Assembly (NCBI GenBank): GCA_002269645.1
Contig: NIVC01000622.1
Coordinates: forward strand, 124,001-188,000
Reading direction: 5' to 3'
DNA: 64,000 bases
DNA from: Macrostomum lignano
Taxonomy: Eukaryota
How positions within the stretch are numbered: position 1 is the stretch's first letter; each line of letters opens with the position of its first letter. The notes under the pieces were generated by a model, which saw only the letters and a program-made list of their open reading frames with translations, was not told the DNA's origin and did no database searches. Shown in pieces: positions 33,151 through 45,000 of this stretch. The position numbers and the translations under genes were made by a program.

Positions 33151-36100
33151 CGATGTCGATAGCCACAGAATCCCACGGCGAGCCGATTGACAGTTCTCCG
33201 AGCGGTGCGCTGGTCCGCGAGCCCGCTTTCTTCTCCTGACAGACAGAACAACTCTGGCAGTGTTGCACGATGTCTTCAGCCATGCCGGGTCAGTAGGCGG
33301 TCAGTTTCAGTGTGCGGTAGCATTTCTCGGCTCCGAAATGACCTCCCAGACCTTCGTGAGCGTTGGTCAAAAACTGTTGTCGAAGCCGTGCTGGCACCAC
33401 TGGAACCTCCCCTCCCGCAGGCCGTCCGGGTCATTGAACTTGCGCAGTAGAACACTTTCATCATCCAGCTTCAGCTTCTTCCAGATTCTGCCGAGTTGCT
33501 GCAGTGGTCCTGCTCGCCATCTGGGTGCAATTTCTGCGTCATTTTCCATCGCCTGAATCACCTGTCTGAGCTCCGGGTCATGTCGCTGGGCAGTTTTGAG
33601 CTCTTTAGTGTCGATTTCCGGAGTCAGATGCGTAGCTGCGACTTCTTGGCCGTGCAGTCTGGACAGCGCGTCAGCATCTGTGTTCTCAACGCCTTCTCGG
33701 TACTTGACGGTGAAGTCGAACTCTTGAAGCAGCAGACGCCATCGTCCTAGCCTGCCGTAACTGTCAACTCTCTGTGAATCGATGTAGGTGAGCGGGCAGT
33801 GATCCGTGTGCACCGTGAAATGCTTGCCGAGAAGATAGTGGCGAAAAACTTTGAATGCGTGCAGGATGGCTAGGCACTCCTTTTCTGTTCCAGAGTTTTT
33901 CTTCTCAGTTGAATTGAATGCGCGGCTTGAGAACTCGATCACCGCCTCGCCTTACTTCAGAATTGCACCGACTCCGCTGCCACTGGCATCCGTGAAGACT
34001 AAGAACTCCTTGGTGAAATCCGGGTTCACCAGGATCGGAGGACTAATTAGGGACCTTTTGAGCTCGTCGAAGGCCGTCTGGCATTCCGAAGTCCAGTCAA
34101 ATGGGACGCCCTTGCCAGTCAGATGGTGCAGCGGTGAGGCGATGGCAGCGAAGTTGGCTACATGGCGTCGGTATTGATTGCACAGGCCGATGAACTGGCG
34201 CACCTCCTTGGCTGACCTCGGCTCTCTCCAGTGCTGAATTGCCTCCAGCTTCTCCTGGCTGGGCTGGGCACCATCCTTTGAATACTGTGTGCCGAGAAAG
34301 GTCACTTCGGGTACCGCGATCTTGCACTTGGAGCCTCTTAATGTCAGTCCGGCTGCTCGAAGTCGCTCGAAGGTCTCTCGAAGTTGCCGCAGATGATCCG
34401 ACTTGGTCTTTGAGAAGCACAGGCTGTCATCGAAGAATGTGAAGACGAAATCACAGCCGTTGAAAACTTTTGACATTAGCATGCAGAACGTGCTTGGGCC
34501 TCCAGACAGTCCTTGGGGCATTCTCTTAAATTGGTATAGTGGCATCCCTGGTCCCGGACAGAAACCAGTTTTTAGTTGGTCTTCTTATGCCATCGGAATT
34601 TGAAAATAGCCTCCATTGAGATCTAACACAGAGAACACTGAACTGCCTGCGATTGGATCTCTTGCCTCCTCCATCAACGGAATTCCCTGTGCAGAGCGAA
34701 TAGTCTTCTTGTTGATCTCTCGATAGTCTATGGTCAGGCGGAGACTGCCATCCTTCTTTGTCACGTACACCGGTGGGGCCACGTACGGACTTTCGCTCAG
34801 CTCTATCACGTCGTTCTCCAGCAGTTCCTGAATCAGCTGCTCCACCTTCTTCCGGTAATGCACAGGCATTCGGCGCGGTGGCACTCGGGCAGGTACTTCA
34901 TCCGAGAGAACAATTCTTTGCTGTTGCAGATGAGTTAGTCCCGGTTTTTTCTTGAACAAGTCGTTGAACTCCACCAGCAGCCGTTGTACATCAGGGTCGT
35001 CGGTAGTCGGCAACTCGAACTCCTCACAGCTAAACTCGGGGACGAGTGCGTCTTCGATGTCAACTGGATCGTCGGTGTCAGCCTGGAATCTGGTGCTGCA
35101 GACTTGGCCGGCTTCTTGTGAAGATCCTGTGAAGTTCAGGAATCTGTGAAGATCTGGAGAGGCTCCGCTTGAGCAGGCGACCAACCCGCGAGGCAGAGGC
35201 AGCTCTGGCGGCTGTCTACCTGCAGCGCCAACAAGCGGCTGTCGATGACGCCATTCAGGCTGTCTCTGCCGCTGGGCCCGATGCCAGAGGGCGCGTGGCC
35301 TGGTCCGCCATCAACGCTCTGACGGGGCGAAAGCGGCGCAATCCGCTGAACCTGGTTGGTGACCCTCCGGACGAGCGCAGGAACGAGCTGCGCGAGTTAT
35401 TCGCCGCCATCGTTAACGCGCCGCCACCCCCGCTGCCAGACAGTCTGACGCTGCCGCCGGAGACGCCGTTGCCGGCAGAGGAGAGTTTCAGCGTAGCCCC
35501 AGTCAACGCAGCCGACGTTGTCAAGCTCGCCCAGCAATCACCGGGCGGGAAAGCGCTGGATCCGGACGAGGTGCCCATCGAGGCGCTGCGCATCCCCTGT
35601 GTGGCCGCTGAGGTCGCCAGAGTGATGAACCGCGTGCTCTTCGGTGAGGCGGCGCCCAACGAATGGACGACGGCGCACATCGTCGCTGTTCCAAAGAAGC
35701 CGGGCACCACTAGGATTGAAGACCATCGAGGCATCTGCCTTCAGTGCTGTACAGCGAAGCTGTTCAATTGGATGCTGCTTTCGCGGTTGCAGCCCGTGCT
35801 GGATCCGTACCTGCGCCCAGAGCAGAACAAGTTCCGGCCCCATCGCGGCACAGTGGCGCAGATCCTGGCTCTTCGCCGAGTCATCGAGGAGGCGCGGATT
35901 CGCCAGTCGATCCTGATTCTAATCTTTATTGATTTCAAGAAGGCATTCGACTCGGTTGTCAGAGCCGTGCTTCCAATGGTGCTCCGCGCGTACAACGTGC
36001 CTTAGCAGCTGATCTCCGCCATTATGGCGATGTACCGTAATACGACAGCTGCTGTGACAACACCGGACGGCCTATCGGACTCCTTTGAGACATCCTCCGG

Positions 36101-37430
36101 AGTACTTCAGGGAGATACGCTGGCGCCGTTCCTGTTCGTCCTGGTGCTTGACTGGGTGCTGCGGACTGCTCTTCCTACCGACGACGACGGTTTTCTGCTG
36201 CGGCGACGCGTGGGTCGACGTCAACCTGAGAAGCGGCTCAGCGTGCTTGGCTACGCCGACGACCTCGCCCTGCTGTCCTCGACAGTCGAGGGCGCCCAAC
36301 GGCAGCTGGACAGGCTAGTTGCCGTTGCGGCGAGTGTCGGCCTGGTGGTCAACACGCAGAAGACCGTTGTGCTCTGCGTGCCGGACGACATCGAGGCTGC
36401 AATATTCTGCCGAGGCGCTGACGGGCAGGCGACCGAACTCCCGCGATGTCAGCAGTTCGTCTACCTCGGCGGTCTGGTTCCAGACGCTTGCGAGGACCTG
36501 CGACGCCGCCGCGGCCTTGCCTGGGCTGCCTTTCGTTCTGTGAGGGCAGTCCTGCAGTCCGAGGCCCTACCGGACCGCCAGAGGGCGGCGCTGTTCCAGG
36601 CGGTAATCGAGACCGTCCTGCTGTACAACGCCGAGACCTGGACGCTGACGGACTCACTCGAACAGCAAGTCGATGCGGCGCACGCTGGCCAGCTGCGCGC
36701 CGCCTTCAACATCGGCGTCGAGTGAGTCACAAACGCGGCACTCTATCGCCGCGCTGGCCTGCCACGTCCAAGCGATTTACTGCGCCGTCGGCGACTCCAG
36801 CTCGCAGGCCATCTCATCCGCGCCGAGTCGTACTGCCCACAGCCGGTTCAGGAGGTGCTGCTGCTCACGCTGCAGGCACCCTACCGGCGAGGTCAAGCGC
36901 GAACTCGGCGTTATGTCGACTGTCTGCTGGCTGACGCCGGCGCCCCGGACACTGCCGGTGCCGCGGCCTTTGTTCGCGCCCAAGCCATGAAGCGCGCCCT
37001 GTGACGCTGACTTTTGCCATCCTGACAGCGTATTTTGTTGTTGTTGTTGTTGTTGTGAAGTTCAGTTGCAAATTATGCTTGCCGATGACGTCGACTCCAA
37101 CAATGACAGGGCAGACCAAACCTGACACAACGAAAAAAAATTGCCCAGCTGTCACTCCACCGACTGTAAGTGGCAATTCGATTTGCCGTTCTATGCTAAT
37201 TGGCTGCTTGTTTACTGAATGAAGTTGCACTCTGGCTGCAGTTGCCTGTCCCACAACAAGCAGCTGTGCGTCGTACGCTCGAGCAGCCTGGTCCCGTCGG
37301 ACACCGCGTCGTACGCGTGTCAGTGGAGGACCGCAGCCAGGGTCAGTGCGCGAACCCGGGTCTGGAAAGGGGCACGAAGGGACCGAGCCCTTGAGCCCAT
37401 CACCACAATATCCGCTCCCTGGGATTGGGA
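33151..37430 (-). mobile_element. Gypsy retrotransposon B fragment (protease-RT-RNase H-integrase zinc finger), split by an RTE LINE
   Basis: RT LRLTIDYREIN, FSVLDLNGGYFQI, MPQGL, FFDDSL. RNase H TDASGSG, EKECLA, TDHCPL. Integrase HHCC (HEGLGGH..CQSCSVC). The frame GKHNLQLNFT|GSSQ is restored on removing the LINE. Confidence 0.9.
35140..37053 (+). mobile_element. 5'-truncated RTE-clade non-LTR retrotransposon (RT domain to 3' tail)
   Basis: RT motifs IVAVPKKPG, HRGICL, FIDFKKAFDS, GVLQGDTLAPFLF, YADDLAL, FVYLG, LLYNAETW. (GTT)n tail. 12-bp TSD TGTGAAGTTCAG at 35128-35139 and 37054-37065. Two in-frame stops (36003, 36723). Confidence 0.95.
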
Positions 37431-38959
37431 GGGACTATAGTTCGGAAAGCAAGATTCTCAGTAGTGCATTTGCATATGACACTACCTAAATGGTTCACTG
37501 GGAGCTGATAATTCTCCACTCACTTCTGAAAATGACTGCAGCCTTCATCGCACTAAATAATAAAGTTTACAGAAAAAAATTTACGGTTTTTGGTGCAACT
37601 CTTCTATGATGAGTGTATTGCAACTCTTCAATATTTTCATTAACATGCAAGTATATATATGCTCGCAATGGCGTATTCATGCAGCATGCCAGTGAAGTAT
37701 GAAACAGATCAGGCCCAAGAGCTAAGGTCTGCGATGCTTCAAACCTACCCCCCATTTTTAACAGGTACATGATAAAAGCCCAGTGGGAGGGTCTGTACCC
37801 TCTATTTGCCTCTGGCAGCCGCAGAACCCCCCCCCCACGCTGCCTCGCAAGTCGACCCAAAGGTACCCATCCCCGAGTCTTCAAGGCAGACCCTTGGGCT
37901 GCTAGACAGACTGGGCTCCGACGCTGGCTACCTATTCAGAGACTTTTGCCGAACTTGGGAATCGGGTCTAGCTGACTCGCCAGACCGCAGGCCGTGGTAC
38001 TGCTCAACGTACTCTCTAATGCCGATGGGCTGGAAGGAGATGTCCGGTCGCTAGCCAGCCTGGTGTCGGGCCAGCCTTAAGAGGTTTTTTTGGCCAGGTG
38101 GGTCGGGTGGGTACGGCACCCATTTGAGGGTAGCCTACCATCCTTTATCATGGCCTTCGAGCCGACTATGGATAAGCAAACTATGGGACGGGACCCTTAG
38201 CTGCTGGCGACACTGTGGGACCTCCCTGGGCGGCGCCAACCCTTCGTCCATAGCAACGCGTCGGCCGTTCAGGGATTAGCGATATGGGCGTTCGCACCTT
38301 CCCGCTGTCTCTCCGGGACAGCCCTGCAGCTCAGTCAGTTCAGCCAAGGCAAGTACAGATAATCATGTGTCTGTAACAATTCACTCAAAAAGACTGAATG
38401 ATGACTGCCTACCAAATTCCTGCTGTTCTCTACTCTTAAGCTATCTGTGTTTGAGCAGTGTAGTCTAGCTGAGTGGCTGAGCACTGCGTGTTCGAAATAC
38501 CCCTCTAATATTCCTTAAGTATAAGCTTACATTTTGTAGTACTGCAGCAGAGTTTGGTACCATGCCACCTTTTAGGTCCTACTCCTCGACTGGTAAATAC
38601 GACATATGATTCAGTCAAACAGTCTATATTCCTGTGATACGGTCACAGTGACCGCGAACTTAAAATTACCGTATAAGCTCACATTATGTCGCAGAAATAC
38701 TGCAGAGTCCCTTTATACTAGCCCCTATAGTTAGGTTTATCGAGAAATGTTATTTCTAGGAATATCAACTTGCTCTCAGTTGCGCTGTGAGCTCGCACAA
38801 CGATGCGTTCTGCCTTTGCGTCTGAGTCTTCATCCACTATACTATTACGCGTTTAATAGTAAAATCCGAGGTCCCTGGAGTCAATAAGAGAGTCTCAGAA
38901 GCATCACATGAGAGTCAGAGAATTGTCTAATAATATTAAAACAAGTCAGGCTTTGGGCC

Positions 38960-39419
38960 AGCAGAGAGAAGAAAGCTATAGGAAACATAGAGATGAAAGA
39001 AGAGAGAAGAGGGGAGAGGCAAGTTTGGAGAGATTATGTGAGATAGAATGATCAGTTTAGGAAGAAAGGAAAGACGAGAGATGAGATAAGAGAAAATAAA
39101 TAAGATGAAAGACGACAGGAGAGAAGTTAAATTTGCCGATATTTCCAAATATTGTATAGATTCGGTAACGCAAGGGAGGAGAAATCGATAGAGAGGAGAG
39201 GAATAAATATAAGCGCATATAACGCACTACGCGAGGGGAGTGCATGTACAGTATGATGAGTCAGAGACTATAAAAAACCGATTGGTGGCTAAGTAGAGTA
39301 CTATAAAGATGATGTGTGAGATAGAATTATCAGTTAATAAGAGAGAAAAGAGAGAGGGGAGATTCATGTACGAGCGTAAGATGAGATAATAAGAAGAAAG
39401 ACGAAAGGAGCGAAAAGAT

Positions 39420-39495
<76 letters not shown>
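38960..39495. repeat. GA-rich low-complexity tract ending in (AG)n microsatellite (~39420-39492)
   Basis: Direct reading. Confidence 0.9.
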
Positions 39496-39496
<1 letters not shown>

Positions 39497-40165
39497 AGAG
39501 ATCGAGTAGTGTGAGTGAGAAGGTGTAATCCAGTGGCTAACCTGCAATCGACTTAAAATGACTTAGCCAAAGGATGCTATGCGCATAAGAGAGATATATA
39601 GAACTGAGAAATATATATAAAGTGAGCTCTGGCTAGAGCTTGAGCGTTAAAACATATTTTGGCGCTTGTCAGCATAATAATACAATAAACAACTGTTTAG
39701 TCTCTGTCATATCCAACGAAAGGATCAGTAAGTGTTATATAATAAAAAATCGTGTTGACAGCATTACTGTCTTAGTCTCTTATTCTCTTATTTAATTCGT
39801 CAGCTACTAATCTCTGTAAAAATTATGATTGCAGAACTTTTGTCTTTTGTGTACGGAGCAATTATTTACTTGGTTATAATGTTGTATCTGTAGTAAACAA
39901 AAAAATGGCTCAAACTTAAACTTATACGGTAATAATATTTGTAAGAAATTGCATGTTTTTTACGAGAATTGAAAATATAACTAATCAAAACCGAGTTCGA
40001 AAAGTTCGTATCTTTAAAAACTGAGTAAAAAGTAGAGGTCATTTCTAAAGCTGTCGAGTCCCTCGACAAATGAGCTGCGATTTCAGTTGCATGTAGCTCA
40101 CAAGATTGGTCTTGTATTTCTTGATAAGAACAACTAACAACGTCAACATCTAACTTAATCGAAAA

Positions 40166-40262
40166 ATGTTTGAAAAACTTGTTGTTGATTTGATCAATAG
40201 GGCACTTGGTGATTATGTCGAAAACCTAGATGCATCTCAACTGAATCTGTCAATCTGGAGAG
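40166..40262 (+). CDS. VPS13: VPS13 exon 1
   Basis: ATG to GAG|GTAAGA, phase 1. Confidence 0.92.
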
Positions 40263-41983
40263 GTAAGACTTATAAGTTCTACCAACAAATCATATCATTT
40301 GCTTGGCAAACTGTCTGGTTGTTCAATGACAATATTCACTGGTCAGGATAATTAATTTAATTTATTTTATATATTACAAAGCCTTATAGTACTAGGCACT
40401 TCAGTGAGAAAATTAAATTTCAGAAATTGTTATAGGCTGCTATTTCACTAGATAGATCTTACTTTCCCATTTCCAAAATGGCCAAACTTTAGTGATTTGG
40501 TTGAGTAATAAGGAAACTACAGCTATTTTAGTAACCCCGATTTGTGCCTTTAGCCAATGGAATTTTTACATTACGGTTTGTGATCATTTTTGGCCAAAAA
40601 GTTGGCTTTTTGTCTTTGAACACTTGTAATTAATTTTCTAGCCAACCAAAATGACTGTGCTTGGTGTCATTTTGTTCAGTTTTTTAGTGTTAATTGTATG
40701 AATTATATATTTTAATATTATTTTATATGCCCAAGTTGCTAAGCTAATTGAAACAGGATGGGTGTATGAAATTTTGACTATTTTAACCAGATACGCAATG
40801 ATTGCAATTTTAAAAATACAATAGCATCTGTTCTGCTTGCTTAATTTATACAAGGCTAGTGTCATTTTGTTCAGGTTTTTACCTACTATAATACTATTCT
40901 ACTTCTTGCCCTAAATTTTTAATGCATGACAGACACCCCAACTGCAATGTAATGTGCTGTACAGGCTTTGCGCATGGGTTTATTAAAAAACGGTTTTGTC
41001 TATCGTGTTCAGCATAGCAGAATTAGTTAAATGACACAGAGAACTAGTTTGCCGGAAGGCAGAGTCTCACAAAAAACACGAAATACACGTTTCAATGGGT
41101 ATTTTACATGTAAACGTATCAAAAAAAGAAACCTCCACAAAATTTTTGCGCCTATAGCTATTGGCAAGCGGTTTTTTTTACTGTGCTTGTATTGTCAATA
41201 GGTAATGAAAAATATAAAGAGAAACAATGCAGGAAAAGGATTTCATGGAAAATTTTGGATTTGAAATTTTGCATAGAGCCATATGGGCATTAAAAGAAAA
41301 AAAAATTTTTTTTAACACCAGAAAAATGTTTCTAAATTATCCCTTTACACTATAAAACCTTTGTTTCCATTATAAGAAACACATTGCAGCTAAGAAAAAG
41401 CATTTTCTGAACCACTGTTTTTTTATTCATTTTGGCTTCAATTTTATATTCCTCCTAAAAAATGGTCAACTTTAAAAATAGACAGTGCAAAAAGTATAAC
41501 AAAGCTAGACTTGCAGTTGGTGTCATTTGAAAGAGCTCCTTTTTACCTTTTAAATGCATATTTTACTTTCATCCTGGCTTCTATAGTTTCTTTAAAATCG
41601 CCCTTGAAAAATTGGACTTTTTTCTTACTTTTTTGCCATTGGCACGCACTTCTTATAACTCACTGAAGTCCCTACTTATACCATTAAATATGCAATATAT
41701 ATATGCAGCTAAATATGCAGTGATAGAAATACATTAATTGTAAATAGGCTTATAATACTGGTAGAACCGCACACTTGATAATGAGAAGTAAAAGAAAGGA
41801 GATTGCGAGCATTTTCATTAGAATGACATGTTTTGCCTAACTTTAGGCATCATCGGGCAGATTGGAGTTTATTTAATTTAAGTCAAAACGTAGAGTATAA
41901 ATACATTTTAGTGGCAGATAGTCAATGATGCACAAAATTGTAATAACAAAACATGGGGGGAGTCAACAGATCAAAACTGAGAT

Positions 41984-42014
<31 letters not shown>

Positions 42015-45000
42015 GCCGGGTAGTGGGTGTACGTTAGAACACTCTCAGGAGAGCACCGGCCCCAGAATAACCCAACTGTTTATTTAAAGTTGGTTGCCTG
42101 TTTTTAATGTACATAGCTTCAATAATCTTAAGGCGATGATCGATATTGCAACTGTGTATGATGGTAAACCCATCCTTTTGTTCACTGTTGGCGCATTCAC
42201 TACAGGCCATAAGAGGTGTAGGACCAAGACTGCCACACACCAAGACTGCCACACTTGGGAGAGCTAGGCTAGGAGGGAGGAATTTGGCTTGCCATGTTAT
42301 TGGATGGTGCTAAGATGGGGAGAGCCAGCAAGACAAAGCCACGAGAGAGGAACTGGTGAGCAGGCCAGCCTGGCCAGGTAGGTGAGTGAGCCAGGCTCCC
42401 TGTTTTTTTCATTTAATTTGAATTGTTAAAATTGCCCTGGTTGACTTGAAATCATTTTGGGCCACTTATTTATCTTATTAGTGACCAATCTTGGGACACT
42501 TCTTCCTCATCTAACTCCACAACCCATCATAACCAATAGCAATGCTAGAAGATTGGTAACTTCCCCTCAATTCCAATAGTCAGTAAGAGCTGTGGCGGTC
42601 TTGGTATATGGCGGTCTTGGTCATGCGCCCCATAAGATGGTCTTGCACTACTGATGGCTTTAACCAGTGTTCTCTGCCCCTAACATACAAGTGCTGTTTT
42701 GATTTACCTAGGTAGGTAACTCTCTGATCAACAGAGCACTGGAATTGGTAGACAACACCTGCATGTAGTTGCAGAGGCACTCTTGTAAAGCTTGTAAGCC
42801 TAGTTGGTACTACAAGCTTTCAATTTAATCATAGGATGTAAATCAAACTCGAGAGACTAAAAATTTTCTGTCTATGCTCGATATGTGTTGGCATTGCAGA
42901 GTTCAATTTAATCCTGGGGGTATCAATTTGATCATTCTATGTTTTCAATACACATTTTCATTGTGTACTTGTTTTTCAATTGGCTTGTTTTAAGAGCAAT
43001 TTGGATGAGCTACTTGAGTAGGATGGCAGTGAGTGAAATTTTGGAGCTGTAAATAACAATATCAACTATGCAAATTATGACATTGACCATCCAGCACAAG
43101 TGCACCGCAGGTCAGTACAACCCATAGTCAGGAAGGTGTCTAGTGTATGCAGGAACTAATTCTGGGCAAAATTAAGCCTGTATGCCAATTTTTTTAGCTT
43201 CATTTCGAACATTACACTGTACGCTGAAGTCCTTTTTCCGTATCATTTTTCCATACTTCGGCATGTAGTGACATATTCACCCTCAAAGCGCACAAGTTTT
43301 TGTATTTAAAAAAAATCATGCATAAGTTTTATTTGAATGTATATGTTTTTGAAATTGGATTTTATGAAAGAATGGACTACTTTATTGCATGAGACAATTT
43401 GAAAAAAATTGAAAACAGAAACAAATAAAACAATTCTTTTTTCACAAAAGTGCAAAATAACAATCTTTAGAAATAGTTTTCCACTAGCAATCTACGCCCC
43501 CCGTTGGGGAGCCAAAGAAATGCAATACACATTTTTTTAATAAGCTACATGTATCCTTGAAATCCTTAAAAATATCCTGTCAAACCTTGTAAGCCTTGAC
43601 ATGTCAGTAATCCCCCCCCACAAGCTTTAACATATCAACTTCCCCCCCCCCTTGACATCTCAGCAATGCCCCCAATAAGCCTTGGAAATATAAAAATATC
43701 TGTCAACCTTCTAACCCTAACGCTAGCCTAACCCTAACCCTATAGCCTAACCCTAACCCTAACCCTAACCCTAAACCAACCCTAAAGCATTGAAATTTCA
43801 GTAATTCTCTCTAAGAGTCATCATAGCACTACTACAGCATTATAGCGATTATAAAATGAATATCTTAACTTCGACATGAAGCTTCTTTTATTTTTTACAT
43901 TATGCTTTTTTTATCAGCAATCCCTCCCCTGAGGAGGCATCAAATAATTTAATAAAAAGTTTTCAATAAACTACATGTAGCTTCTGGCTTTAGCCTTGAA
44001 ATCTTATTTATACCCCCGTGAGCCTTGACATCTCAGCTATTCCCCCCGTAAGCCTTGACATGTCAGCAATGGCCCCCATAAACCTTGAAATCTAAAAAAT
44101 CCCCTGTTAACCTTGAAACCCGATAAAATATAACCCTCAACCCACACCTGACCTAAACCTAACTTTAACCCAACCTAAAGCCTTGAAATCTCAGCAATTC
44201 TTCTCCCCTAAGCCTTGACATTTTAGTGATTCCTTCTTTAAGAATCACAGCACTATAACGATTTCCACCAAGCTTTGACATCGTTGCAATTCCCAAATAA
44301 ATCTTTTAACTTTGACATGACTTTTATTTTATGTATACATAGTGCTACTTTTATTTTTTACATGACTCTTCTTCTATCAGCAACCCCCCCCCCGTGGCGA
44401 GCCAACAAAGAATGCAATAAAAAAATTGAGTAAAGTACATGAACTTTGAAGTAGCTTCTGACTTTTGCTTTGACATCTCAGAAACCCCCCCGTAATCTTA
44501 GTTATTCTCTGAGAGCCTTTACGTCTCAGTTTTTCTCCCCAGCACAGCATTATAGCTGCATTTAATTTTTACATGACACCCTTCATGTCTGACATGACGC
44601 TTCTTTTATTCTACCATGATGCTTTTTGATTTTTTAGATGACACTTTCATTAGTTTTTAAATGAGGCTCCTATGATTTTTTATGACGCTTCTATGATTTT
44701 TACATGATGCTTCTATGATTTTTTATATGACGCTTCTATGATTGTTTATATGACGCTTCTATGCTTTTTACATGACGCTTCTATGATTTTTTACATGACG
44801 CTTCTATGATTGTTTACATGACGCTTCTATGATTATTTCATGACGCTTCTACGATTTCTGCAGGACGCTTCAATGATTTTTACATGATGCTTCTATGATT
44901 TTTACCTGACACTTCTATGATTTTTTATATGAGGCTTCTATGATTGTTTATATGACGCTTCTATGATTGTTTACATGACGCTTCTATGATTGTTTCATGA

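Noticed and set aside
29198-36990. Numerous 70-265-aa overlapping and antisense ORFs
   Set aside because: These are expected shadow frames of GC-rich Gypsy and RTE coding sequence.
43712-43790. Chromosome end
   Set aside because: The tract is short and internal to a VPS13 intron, and the gene continues on both sides.
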